From NCBI RefSeq assembly GCF_902652985.1, contig NC_047022.1, positions 42,408,001 to 42,472,000 of the forward strand: DNA of 64,000 nucleotides, read 5' to 3'. The translations under genes and the position numbers were made by a program. This DNA comes from Pecten maximus (lineage: Eukaryota). The notes under the pieces are model-generated. The model did no database searches. It was not told the origin of the DNA and was given only the letters and a program-made list of their open reading frames with translations. Within the stretch, counting starts at the first letter, position 1, and every line of letters begins with the position of its first letter. Below, in pieces: positions 50,950 through 64,000 of this stretch.

Positions 50950-53215
50950 ATGCCCTCTTTTGAAATTTTACATTTATGGAGGGAAAGAAATCCTGATGTT
51001 AAAAGATATACGTTCAAAGGTCCCGGTAAAAAACAGGCTAGACTAGATTACATTTTGGTATCTCCTGATTTAAGTCCACTTATACTTATAATATATAAAT
51101 TAAGCTATAGGTCTGATCATTCTCCATTATCTATTTCTCTAAGATTCATTGATCCAAAACAAGGTCATGGGACATGGAAAGATAATTCGTTATCAAACGG
51201 CAACATGGCCATAACGAAAATTAAAGAGTACATCTCTGACACGCTCAATCAGTTCAGAAATAATGATAGTGATATACCAGGTGAGTATTAATGGATAATC
51301 AGTTGGTTTCGGAAACAATCAAACTGATGATAAAGGGGCCTAACCACAAAGAATTGTTCCATTAAGAACAAAAAAGCGGGAAAACAAAGTGTTGGAATTA
51401 AAAGGTTTCAATTTATGTGCAAATGAAAATACAAATGAAGGGGAGATAACTAGAGTAGAAGGAGAATATTTGAAAAGAGAAAATTAAGGATAAGATGACT
51501 AGAGCTAAAACGAGATGGAAAGTAGGAGAAAAAACTACTAGATATTCTTGTAACTTAGAAAATAAACATTTCACAAAGAAGATTATTTCACAATTAATAG
51601 TTGAAGAAAATAAGGAAAGGAGGTGGTGCATAGGAGGGCTAAATCGGCCCACGGCGATTCTTTTCCCGGAAACATATTTTTGTCAAAAGCATAATATCCC
51701 CGATTATGTGGGAGGAATTAATTTCCATTCCTCAATGTATATATTCTTTTTTTGGTGATTTCATTATTTCCCCATCTAACTGCATAAGAAGCTAATGTTT
51801 TGACCACTAATTATTATAGAACACATTTTTATTTCCTACTTGTGAAACAAATTCACCCCATTTGTTTAAGGTTTAATTTTGTATATGAATCATCACGCTC
51901 CATGACACTAAAATTAAATTTCAGCCTAATTTGATGTCTTCTTTGTGAAAATCATTGTTTTTAACTTTTCATTTAAAGTCTAATACCACAAAGTTATTAA
52001 TGGAGTACTATCAAAATTTCCGGTTAGAAATAATCTATGGATATTCATAAACATTTAATGAAACAAATTTATTTGGTGAATTACTGGATATGCCAAGATT
52101 TTATTATGTTAAATGCATACACCCCCAATTTTGGACAACATATCAAAGTACCGAAAGTACTGAAAAATAGAGGCAAATGCTAAAAATCCAACAAAAATAA
52201 CAATGCAACCAGACTTTACTGCTTATGTCAGACAGGGTGCTCCTTTTAACCCTTGGGTTTTTAATACAATTTACTTCATGACCTTTCTTTGTAAGCAAAA
52301 ATCTGTTGTTATCCAGTAATTTTTGATGATTTTTTTTGGTTGTGTATCAAGATTAATATGCAAACATGTTTTTTAAAAGCAAAATTTGATAGTACTCCAA
52401 CGATTATTACATTTTATCTACTTAACAAATAAAAGAAAATTTCAAGAAGGTAATTTTTTTACTGATAATTTTGTTAAAAAGCTGTAATTACACTTTCTAT
52501 TATACAAATTCATACTAAACACACATGTTTTTATAAAATATAACATCACATGAGACTATCAATGCAATATGAAATTTATCAAGTACTTTTGTACGAGAAA
52601 TATACTGAATTTAAAAGGGAGGGTACACATTTTTTACAGAAATCATGTTAGGTGGCGCTGCGTATACAGCATTTGACAATTTTCGTTTTAGTGTCTAAAA
52701 TGACATGTATTTTGTAAAAGTCTATCATAATATCATGCATAAAATAATATTCGGCCGTGGGCCGCCATGCACCACCTCCTTTATAAATAGATGAAAGTAT
52801 GAAAGAATAAGAAAGCTATTGTACAGATATATACAAAAGTAGGGATACTGATTTAAAGGATCCTCATATGCAGAGCTTTTTTGATGGAGGATATCCATAT
52901 GATTATAAATTAACTACGGGAAAGTTTGACAAAATGGAAGGTACATTATCTAGATAAGAATGCTTAAATGCTTTTTAAAACATAAAAAACTGTATATCTC
53001 ATGGTCTAGATGGATATAAAGTTGAATTTTACATTTAAACAAAAAATTATCTTCATCAACCCCAAATTGTTTCTTAGATGAATCATTTAGAAAGGGTCAG
53101 TTATCTATTTCCAATGTATAGGGATCATTAATTGAATTCCAAAGGAAAGTAAATTTAATTTTTTTAATGACACACTATCTCTCTTTTAAATATAGACTAT
53201 AAAATCGCTCCAGAC
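50950..53215 (+). mobile_element. Decayed L1/Tx1-like LINE (APE endonuclease to start of RT), split by a DNA transposon
   Basis: WRERNPDVKRYTF...QARLDYILVS...YRSDHSPL; RAKTRW..GEKTTRY..NLE; after the insertion GLDGYKVEFY (~53003) and SLLNIDYKIA (~53180). Confidence 0.85.
51616..52782. mobile_element. Non-autonomous DNA transposon (~1.17 kb)
   Basis: TIRs AAAGGAGGTGGTGCAT / ATGCACCACCTCCTTT and subterminal GGCCCACGGC / GCCGTGGGCC; LINE coding relic on both sides; target duplication not clear. Confidence 0.8.
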
Positions 53216-53599
53216 GATATTCTGCCTACAAACTTTGGGAAAGGGGCATATATAACTGGCATAAAAAATTCGGCAGATCCAAAAAATATTCTGAATACAG
53301 AGCACACCTAATTATAGGAATAAAGACCAGTGATGATACGGGCGTCTTCACGTTGATTTCATTGATGATACATCCATCCCATTCACAAAAGTATATTTTA
53401 TATATTTTAACAAGTTTTTCTTTTAAGCACAAACTTGAGGCTCTTTCGAACATGAGCATTTATTTTCTTCATAACGGATATACATATAGCTTATATATTG
53501 TCCTTTATTTATCTTCAGAATTACAAACTACGCCTAAATGTCTGTTTGTCGAAGAAATATGGTAATTTGTCATTGAATCGTAATTGAAAATTTCAATTT

Positions 53600-53700
53600 A
53601 GTTCCGTTAAAGATGTGTCGTCTGCCAAAAGTCTAGAGGTAGAATGCAATACGTCAGATAGGTAATTAATATCAATCAAAAATAATAAAGGGCTTTTATG
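53600..53700 (-). mobile_element. Short CR1-like RT fragment
   Basis: SPLLFLIDINYLSDVLHSTSRLLADDTSL matches the PLLFLIYINDL...FADDT motif. Confidence 0.7.
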
Positions 53701-53907
53701 ATACCACTTCGAGAGTGGGAGAGAATCTAATCGCCAAAGAAAGTGTACAGCTTGATACACGTGTTGGCAACTGTGCACACTGAACTGACTTTGCACACGG
53801 AATGTAAGACCAAACCTTCCATGTGACGTCTACAGATATATACTCTTATATATGAGTTATCTGACCGTCATCACAATATAACTTGGATTTCTAACAAGAC
53901 TGTCAAC

Positions 53908-56900
53908 ATGGCGGTCACAGTCCTGTTGCTGTGTTTTGGTCTTCTGGTGTCGAGCAGTTACGGAGGTAACATCTCTTCTCTCGTTATATAATCGACGCTT
54001 CAAGTCTATATTTTTCATGTCCTTTATGTAGAAAATCGTGTAGAGAAGCCGAAATGACCAATGTACTTTAACACTGAGCATGTATGCATGATAGTATTAT
54101 TTTATTCAAGGATTCACATTGAGAGTGGACAAATCTTTTTCCGATTTTGCAAATTTCACGATATGTTTCGAACTGAATACATTTGATATAGAAAGCAAAT
54201 CCTTCTGCGTATTTCATGATTAAAATGAAAATGCCTGTCTTGACATTTTCCTCCTAGGCGATGTTTTGATATCCAGAGACCAAAGTTACTAAAGTCATTT
54301 GAGGTGTGACCCATAGAAAAGAGCCACTCTCCCCCAATTCTGTACACTGAGATCTACTGCAGACGAAATAATACTGTAATGCATGAAATGACATGTTTAT
54401 CATACAAATAAGATTGAAAGCATTTCTAACAAAAACATCAGGAACAACAACAGCAACCTGTTGGTTAAATCATCCGCTATGATTTTAACAAACTTGTCCT
54501 AAATGCCAGCTATTCATTTTCATAAACGATATCGATATGCAAATGCGAATGTAATATAACTGATATTATCAACACGTAGTAAAATCATAGGTTTATACAT
54601 GGAAGGATTTCGCCAGTAATATGGCTTGATGCATTTTTCTTTCTGAAAATGATAATTCCTGACATCTCAAAATAAAATGACTTTCGTCTTTTATATCTAA
54701 ATTGCATCTCATACAGAGTCTTTGTTATCCCTTATTATCATATCTACCAGTCTCAATAGTTAAATGGTGAGCCGAAAGGCGAAGCTTCAATAAAGATTCG
54801 GTATTTCACAGGAATATACTAGTGAATATTAGTTGGTTTGCTTAGTGCTTATATAAAGTACATTAAGGTGAGGCCTCTAATAGCTCATTTACACATATCC
54901 AATTCAAATGAATATCTAATGACATTATGTAAACGCAGGTTTATATTAAAGAGCTTACTTAACATTGACTTGAATTACGTGTTTTACTTATTTGATTAAT
55001 TAATTTATTTATTAGATCAATTATTTAGTAGCAGATATAAATTGATCGATACAGTATACCATTTTATGTTGACACCATTAGATGTTTGATCGCTATCTCA
55101 GTATGTCAGGGTTAGACCAGTGACACGGTGAGGGAATAAAGAACCGTCTGTTCGGTTACACGATACAAATATATGACCTTCACAGGCATTCTTACCTGCT
55201 TCAGTCACGCTCATCACAGGTTATATCATATTAGATATACACACCTTTTTACATGCCCTATACAATTTTAGTCTATACAATCTTACTCTAATAACCTGCT
55301 TTCAGATTTCCAGATTTTTCATGTTTAAGTTTTGTTTTTGACGATTTATAGAAGTAAAGTTTGTAATGGTCCGACATTCACGAGTTTTTAGTTGCATTGT
55401 CATTTACCTATTGCACAAGACACACAGGTAAATCACCAAATTCTCCAGTACCTAGCTATCCCTTTTAATCCGAATACTGCATACAAGTAAATGATGTTTA
55501 ACAAGAAACGTATAACGTGTTTTGTAACAGGAGCTTGGTTGTCCCAGTTTGCGTGTCAAACTGCACCCCACTCGCCCTGTAAACCAACCAAGATTCGATA
55601 GAGGGAGAACAATAGCTTTGAATTACAATTAACAATTTATTATTGATGACATATATTTACAACATAAAACTACATAAAAAGCAGACAACAGCATAGGCCT
55701 AGCTATAGAACAAACGCATTAACCTTAAAGCCAACCCATATACATACGACCTAACTATACGAACACAACATCCCTGCTAATAATACCCGCCATAACCCCA
55801 AATAACCTAACCCTTCATCAAAACCTGAGACGAAGACGTGACAGCACACAGGAAATAAATCAATCAGACTGCCCAGTATATACCACGGTGAATTTATCCC
55901 GCCAACGACAATACAGAACTATAGGACCTATCACAATAGAGGATTCACAGGACCATACAGGCACGTCAGACACTGACGAAAAAGCAAGCGACTGCGGAAA
56001 ATGCACGACAAAAACATTGACCAGAGACAGAACACGTGAACAGAGAACGACAAAGGTCAGGGTGACACAAGTAAACAAATAGTACAGACATAACATATAA
56101 ACATGTGGTCAGGGTGACACAGGTACACAAATAGTACAGACATAACATATATACTCATGTCATATAGTTAGCGTTAGCTACATTTATAAGATAATCAATA
56201 TTTTGAAAAAAAATGGCCTAAGTTATATGTTCTGGTGTTTGTCTAATGTTGACTGAACGTACGGGCAGGACAGATTTGGATTTGACATTCTAATAACTAT
56301 TTTCCCCAGAATGTATACTTTCATCAAATTTATATGCAATATTATTTATTATTATATATAAGTGTTGATCGTTTATGATACGGAAAAATACGCACTATAC
56401 TTACGACGATCCTTCGAGTTATCTTGTTGAATTTCCTTTTGTGTATTGTTTAGATTCTGGTCATTCTGGCTGTGGCGGACCTGCCCAACTAACACATAAC
56501 CACGGACATTTCTCGTCGACCAGAAACGCGTCAGTGACACTGTATGAAAATGATATCCAGTGTCATTGGAGGATCCACTCTACATCCGGAAAAATTATCC
56601 GACTCCGGGCTCTGTCTTTTGATTTAGAAGATGATAACGAGTACGCTGTTTCTCTTCTGTCCCCTTTGTTTGTAACAACTATTTCTCATTACAATTTTCT
56701 AGATATTTTATTGTTTATGCTCGAATTATATAAATAGCTAAAATAGATGATACTGTTCTCCGCGTGCTGACATCTCATAAATTATGTTGATCCATTAGGA
56801 TGTCGTCTCTTTCTTTGGTGCATATCTTCATATACTAGATAAGAGATAGAACAATACAATTGTTGTCTCCCCCAGGTGCGACAATGACTACTTAGCCGTA

Positions 56901-59900
56901 TACGACGGGAAGAACACACGATCCAATCTCATTGGGAAGTTCTGTGGTAACGCCAGCGTGGAGCTCATATCATCCCACCGATACCTGTCCCTGTTTTTTG
57001 TAACCAACAGTCACAGACAAGCTACAGGATTCAACTTCACCTACGACTTCGTACAAGCGTCAAGTAAGATTTAACTAAGAAAGGCAGCTATTCTTCAATT
57101 AATTTAACAAGGATAAACAAAGCAGTTGTTTTACTTTTGTTTTATAGATAGCATCTCTAATATTATCTTTTCAGAATTAAAACCGGGATACTAAATTTCT
57201 TAATTTCATGTTCTTTATGGTATATCCACATATTGACAATAAAAGTCTTGTTATAAATCTGAAATCGAAGAATTGGTATATCGTCTTTGTGGCACGTTCT
57301 GAATGGCAAGCCAAGAAATCATTCATTCACGGAGCAATGTTGCTTGGCTTGCCATAGTTCTGGTATGCTCTCTGATAAAATCAGCCTCACGCAGAGAGCG
57401 GCACAATTCAGCCCCATGGGTATGCCAGTAGTCTGTTGATACAACTTGTCACCAGAAATGTTTCAGCGAAACTAGTTGTGATACAGCCAGAACATTTTTG
57501 CGCCATTTTCTACACATTTAAAGATAATAATAATGGTTGTATGTGTTTATTTTCACACAGGTGGATGTGGAGGCAACTTCTACAGATGTGCAAACAACCG
57601 GTGTGTCCCCAAACTTGGAATCTGTGACGGACACAACCAGTGTGGCGATGCCAGCGACGAAGAAAACTGTGCTGCATCCGGTACGTAACGTTCTATCACT
57701 AAATTAAACTCCACAAACAACCCCTCCCTCCACACACACACACACATACAACATAGCCTTTCCCCCACACCATGTTCTTTTAAATGTACCAGACAGAAAT
57801 AAGTCTGAACCAGATGTGTAGCTCAATTTTATTGTAGACGGGAACAACTAACGGACTCTCCTTGTAAATACTTCATGCACTGAGATAGTTTGTTATTGAT
57901 AGAATAACCTAGTTATAGATAGATTGACCTTGTTATCGGTAGAGGGTAAAATGATCTATTTTGTTTTTGAGTTTCAATATCGATAGCGCTTCGGCCATTT
58001 TTGGTATGACATTGCAATGACATCATTACGTCAAGATCTATGACGTCATGTTACAGGTGCCTGTAGCGGTACAGAGTACGAGTGCCCAGACAACACGTGT
58101 ATCCCAAAGAATGGGTGTGTGACGGCAGTAACGACTGTGGCGATTTGGCGGACGAGGACAACTGTGGAAAACAAACAGGTACTGAACAAATATCTCGAAA
58201 AATATCTAGTATTTTGTAAATGAATGCTGCTGCAATCCTGCATGTGATTTGCAATTTCCAATTGAAACTGGGAAGTGACAAAACATATGTATTCCAAAAT
58301 CAGAAAATATGTATCCTGTGAATATAAATAGTGGAAAGGAGTTTTCTTATCTGTTTTCTAATAAAAATGTAATGGTGAGAAATTATTTTTAATTAGGGCT
58401 ATCTGGCTGTAGGAGTAGCGCATGGCAAAATGGTACTTCCGGTTCCTTTAGCAGTATGGACTACACTGGACCAATCTCGGAGTATGAAAATGATACTGAA
58501 TGTCATTGGGATATCAATGTTCCGAATGGCAAGGTAAGTAGCAAGATGCTGGTAGTTAATGATTACTAATTTACGAGGGCTGATAGATAAGTTGTGAGCA
58601 TCGTATTGAAGGATTTGAATTTTGTCGGACATATTGTATTATTTTCAACATAATCCCCCTTAGTATCTATACACCTTTGCAAACAGTGTTTAAGGGCCCC
58701 AATGCCACTTTTATAGAACTCCTTTGCCTGGCTGTTCAGAAAGTCATTCATTGCATGTTAGGATTAGGGTGCTTGAAATAGCTGTGTTCAGTTTTTGAAA
58801 TAGATGAAAGCATGATGGAGCGAGATCAGGTGAATAAGGCGGATGCTCAATCAATTTAAAGCCACAATTGTGAATTGCAGCCATGCCAATGATAGACTCT
58901 TTCACCCTAACCCTAACACTGACCGATTTTGTCCATTTTGCAAAAGCCGCTTGTCTTGGGTACTTTAGAGTGCTACCTCGTCGATATAAACTAACCAAAT
59001 GAGACCAGTCCTTGGGTACGCGGCCCTTTAGTGAGAGAATAGTAGGAATTTAAAAGAACAACCTTGAGTACCTCCTTCAATACTAGGCTCACGACTTCTC
59101 AATTAACACTCGTAGCTCTAGATGTTGGCTATATTGCATCATAGAGTGTCTAGACAAGGTATTAGCAATATTTCCATGGGTAAGTGTTCACTCATTGAAA
59201 CCATGATGCCCGCAAAATAATTTGTAACGAGGTCACGTGGTAAAAATATATGCAATTTGTCATTGAGTGAATCAAAAGTAACAAGTTGAGGAAAAACGTT
59301 AAAACAATATCAAACATTTCAAATACTTACAGTATAGCTGATGCAAGATTTTTTGTTGAACGGAATATACATTGTAAAAGGAACAGACGGCAACCCTTTG
59401 GGAGCGCTCGTTGCAAACTCGTTAGACCATGCTTTGCGATTCAGAAGCTAATTTTATATAGGGTCCACGATCATGCTGAATAAAATACAAGAAATTATTA
59501 TCTTGAAAGCGAAAAACAATTACACAAATTTATAATTATAATCATTTCTCTGGTAGTTTATCAGGTTGACATTTGACCCCGACTTTGAGATAGAGGATGG
59601 CCATGCCGTTTGCGACACCGACCGACTTACTATATTTAATGGTAAAGACCATTCCCTTATAGGTAAGTCCTAACAGCTGTCGTGGCACACATAAATATAG
59701 ACAAAAATATATCAGATTTAGTCACGGATAATGACTCGATCGAGGTCAAGGTCGCTGTTTTTCGTTTATTATTCAAGTATACCGACTGAGGTCAATGTCG
59801 GGGTTTGTAATTTATAAAAAAAGTATATTGACCGAGATCATTGCTCTTTCTACTTCTCTATAAAATTATTTGAAAAATAAAACAAATTTTAGCCAAGGTT

Positions 59901-62900
59901 CTATTTCAATGTGGCCTTGAGCTAAAGCACTCAATGAATATCCATGGTCTACTTTTCAGAAATGTGACAGACATTCAGAAGCAATATTTAGTCAAATTCC
60001 GGTGACCTTTAAGTCAAATTCCGGTGACCATTAAGCCTAATTCCGGTGACCATTAAGTTAACTCATTTCATATTCAACTGGATGAGATAGATTGTTTCAA
60101 TACAATTGTAGTCGACATTTGGCACGATCCGGAAAATCAATCAAACTAAAATGACGTTAATTTTGTTTTTATTGTGTTCACAATAATTTTCTTTGACTAA
60201 ATGTATTTTATTTTCTAGATAGCATTAAAAGCTTTGGTATTGTTCTCTAAACACCGATTAATATATAGTATATTCTGGTCTGGTGACCCCGTTGTCATAA
60301 ATAGTTATTTCTTAGATAGTTTCCGTTTTTTAATAGTTTTATATTGTTGTTGTCTACTTAAGTTGAAATATTACAAAACCCATGATGGTCCTTTACTTCA
60401 AATGATAGATGAATACTGTGGAATGACCGCTCCTGATCCAATCATCATCCCGAATGACCACGCACTGGTCAAGTTCTTCTCAGACGAAGAGTCGAGTTAC
60501 AAGGGATTTATGATACATTGGGAGGCAGTAGACGGTATGTACAATATAATACATTTATTGTATAATTTATAGACAGTTGTTGTTCATCATGATTTGTTAC
60601 AGTGAGTGTTAACGATAAAGCTAGGTTGGTGTTATATATTTCCTAGTGGCCAAAATAAACATTCCGATTGGTTAAATACGGATTGAACAATCACTATTTT
60701 CAGGCTCATTGTTGTTGCTATAAATAAGAACTATAAGGAAGAGATTAATGAGTAATTGATTTATAAAACAATATATCTAAAACAGCTTTGTTTACATGTT
60801 TTTTTTTTTTTATCTTTTTGTTAGCCGCTGGCCTGCCTACTGAAGTGAAACACGATGCTGGTCCCCATGGGTGTGACCAGTGGATTAACTACACGGGCCC
60901 GGGGATAATACAAACTCCCAACTTTGGTCCCGGGAACAACTACCCGGACAATACTACTTGTGTTTGGAGAATATCTGCCCCTGAAGGTTACGTTATCAAG
61001 GTACATTTTAACGACTTTGGGGTGGAAGGCTCTTTTCTGTGTAAGTTCGATAGTGTCCGGATTTACGATGGCCCTAGTACTGAAGACGATCTCCTGGCTA
61101 CCATCTGTGGACGAAGACTGCCCAGAGACGAGTGGTCGAAATCAAATAACATGATGATTGCCTTCTACGCCGACAGGAGCTACAATGCGGAAGGACTCAA
61201 CGCGACATTTGAGGCCGTCAAAGTGGTGTGTAAGTATTCCATCGTCTCTGGTACAGGTTGATAATATAAAAGCAAAGTGTTCGGGGACTACACGGCTGAC
61301 ATTATGTTAAGTAAGTACAATGTATATTGATATTCATTTTAGAGTAATATACGCTGTCTGTATGTGTCCTTGCCATTCCCACCTCTGGACACTAGATCAT
61401 GAGTAACTCATACATAACGTGTCATCATACTGGCTAATGCTACAGTACATGTATATGAAGTAAGATTAAATCCCTTGAGCCACTTTTGGAACAATTTTGG
61501 ACAAAACATGCTCGGGATATGGTTCACCAGATTGATACTACTTAGTATTAGGAGATGTTTATTTTTAACAGTGGTTATTAACTGTCTTTGCGACTGAATC
61601 TGCGAACTTTCGAAAACGTCTGTATCCCTAACCTCAGACACGAAGATTACACACTTCTAACAATATCTTTGTATACTAGCTAACCCTCAGTCACACGAGT
61701 CGGCCTGTACCAAGAAAGTTACACTAAGAGATGACCACGGCATGCTGACCTCTGACCTCTACGACGGGGCTACTGAATATCCTAACGACTTATTGTGCCG
61801 CTGGACGATTGTTGCTCCCGCTGGTAAAGTCATCACACTAACCTTTAATGTAAGTACCTTATGACGGAAGTACAATCGTATTGGAAAATGAGATTAGATA
61901 ATGAGACTGGAAGGAGAACGAAAGGGATTACTTCCTATTGAGGTCACATATATTCCAGTCAGCATTTATAGACATTCCTTTATGGGAATCAATATCATAT
62001 TGCGATTCTTTAATTGAGTGTGTTAGAGTAATTTGGTATTTTCTACACGTAAATCGTAAATATCGTATCCTTTACACAATATTTATATCGGGCATATCCC
62101 CTGATCAGTAACATCACGATGTCGACCATTAAAACCTTTCTGTGTATTTGTTATAGTAAAGTCTCCGCCAGCCTTCATCTCTATAACCCGATGACCTTCA
62201 TCAACCTTCATCTTTCTGGCCCTATGCATATCATTTACTCCATATGTATATTTTTCAGACTTTTGAGACGGAGGAAGACGAAGATTGCCAATATGATTTC
62301 CTTCGCATTACAGAAGGCCATAAAAATAGGCGTTTATGTGGGTTCGTGTACCCAGAATACATCACGAGCCACGGACGTAATATGGACATCCGGTTTGTGA
62401 CGGATGAAAGCATCGGTGGATTCGGGTTCAATATAACTTACGACATCCACGATCCAATACGTAAGTGCCATTTCTTCATTAACTAGCACAACTTCATAGA
62501 GCAATGACCATGGAACGAAAAAGTACCTCCCTGAATCTCGAGCAGGTCTGGTGTGTGCTTGTTTTATGGAATATATCAGTGAATAGCACATCTAATTACA
62601 TTATGCGTATATGGCTAATGTATAAATTTGAGCCGAGAGTTGCACCAAAGAGGGACGTTTACATGTGTAATTATCCACTACTCCTACAACAATAACATGA
62701 TATCCACAAATATAATATCAAATGTTCAATGCAATCATTGGTTACGCAAGTTCAAAACTAGCATAAATATGTTGTCGTTGAGGAGTTTCAATGGCGAAAT
62801 AAATGCAAATAAAAGTTGGTAGATCGAATTGAAAATATTAACATGTAAACTGGTTCAATATGTCTAGAGGAAATTTACATCCTCGCAAGAAATGGAGTGA

Positions 62901-63539
62901 AGCTTGTGTTTCATTTTCCAGCCGATTGTCCAAATGCCGACGATTTCCGGTGTAATGACAACTCGTGTATACGTGCCAATCAAGTATGTAACGGCCAAAA
63001 TGACTGTCCAGGAGGGACAGAGGAAATTGTATGCGGTGAGTGGGCTTTGGTGAAAAATGCGTCTGCGTAAGATTGAAGAATTTCTTTCAGATTCTATATC
63101 ATACGAATACTATGTAATTACATGAATTGGTGATTCATTAATTGTGCCTCTTGTACTTAAGTCTGTGAGGTGTTAATCAACATAATGTCATGCCACTAAT
63201 GATGTAATCGAAAATGTCACTAGACATATCGCAGTCTTTAGTTCATACCTTTCCAAATGGTTGAGTTAGTTGTTTACTTTTTACGGTAAATGTTTGACAT
63301 TTAGGAATTTAGATCAGACATCTTCACTTGTTCTTTATTTACATTACAGGGAATGTCCCCACGTGCGGAATTCCTGCCATAACACCATCTACTGGCAACA
63401 CGAAAATTGTCGGCGGGAAGGTGGCTATCCCAAACAGTTTACCTTGGCAGGTGTCTCTCAGGTTTTTAGGTTCTCACATGTGTGGAGGGACACTGATTGC
63501 CCCACAGTGGATAGCTACAGCGTCTCATTGTTTCGAAGA
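53908..63539 (+). CDS. Modular trypsin-like serine protease copy B (cut by the window end); exons 53908-53965, 56454-56640, 56876-57063, 57561-57680, 58057-58178, 58397-58533, 59557-59662, 60409-60534, 60825-61229, 61680-61849, 62259-62460, 62922-63035, 63350-63539
   Basis: Exon-for-exon paralog of copy A, with intact CUB4 and K|IVGG...ATASHCF. One 1-bp deletion in exon 5 (CCCAAAGAA vs CCCAAAAGAA), real or an assembly error. Confidence 0.85.
55523..56182 (-). mobile_element. Solo-LTR-like insertion in copy B intron 1
   Basis: TGTAAC...GCTACA ends, minus-strand AATAAA at ~55636, absent from the copy A intron; no clean target duplication. Confidence 0.5.
58571..58900 (-). mobile_element. Mariner transposon 3' remnant in copy B intron 6
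   Basis: [16 protein letters not shown] and FYKSGIGAL...[11 protein letters not shown] motifs; terminal TACGAGGG mariner-type end at 58571; absent from copy A. Confidence 0.88.
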
Positions 63540-64000
63540 GTACGTCAATTTTCTTGAAGCTAAATCGCTACATGTAATGTGTTTGTAGTGTGGTGTCTTT
63601 AACGGGAGTATTCACAAAGATCCCCTTTAAGTCATTATGATATATATTAGAGGAAGTTTATTGTTGATAGTTATTATTTTACATGATTTTATGATGATAT
63701 GTTCATGGTGTGGGTTTCTATATTACGTCATCATCACTAAATACATTTTGATGATTTTTGATGTCCTATCGCAGACGGTATTTGCGAAAATACCGTTAAA
63801 ACAAGGATACCCTTCGCCGTTTCCTGATACAAACCAGGAGCGTGTGTGCCAACCCCCGACAGCAGTTGGTGTTCTTACTCTCTTACAAACCCTAGCAACA
63901 TAGTCTTTGTTGTCCTCCTCCAACGTAAGGTTACCTTGATGGATAGAAGAAAGAACGAGTTGTCTCAAAACCTGATTCCGATATCTTACTGTGGTAAGAT

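Noticed and set aside
54765-54790. GCCGAAAGGC GNRA hairpin suggesting a ribozyme
   Set aside because: No CTGATGA core or complete hammerhead stems nearby.
58905-58917. CCCTAACCCTAA telomere-like motif
   Set aside because: Only two units; not meaningful.

Overview
AT-rich, intron-rich animal genomic DNA; the gene set and repeat types suggest a bivalve mollusc, probably a scallop (inference). Genes: (1) the last three coding exons of paxillin (+, LIM2-LIM4); (2) a complete 12-exon GTF2H3/TFIIH p34 gene (+) with a U12-type minor intron; (3) a 4-exon theta-class glutathione S-transferase (-), tail-to-tail with GTF2H3; (4) a tandem pair of secreted modular trypsin-type proteases (signal-CUB-LDLa-LDLa-CUB-CUB-CUB-LDLa-trypsin). 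Copy A has three frameshifts; copy B has one 1-bp deletion and runs off the window. A third, orphan promoter plus signal-peptide exon lies upstream. The rest is minisatellites, MITEs, a SINE, and LINE, Gypsy and mariner relics. The most striking pattern is that six tandem repeats or duplications copy exon-intron junctions. Two of them (paxillin acceptor, 45 bp; GTF2H3 donor, 57 bp) create ladders of near-identical, in-frame splice sites, and each has a TA-inserted MITE at the end farthest from the exon.
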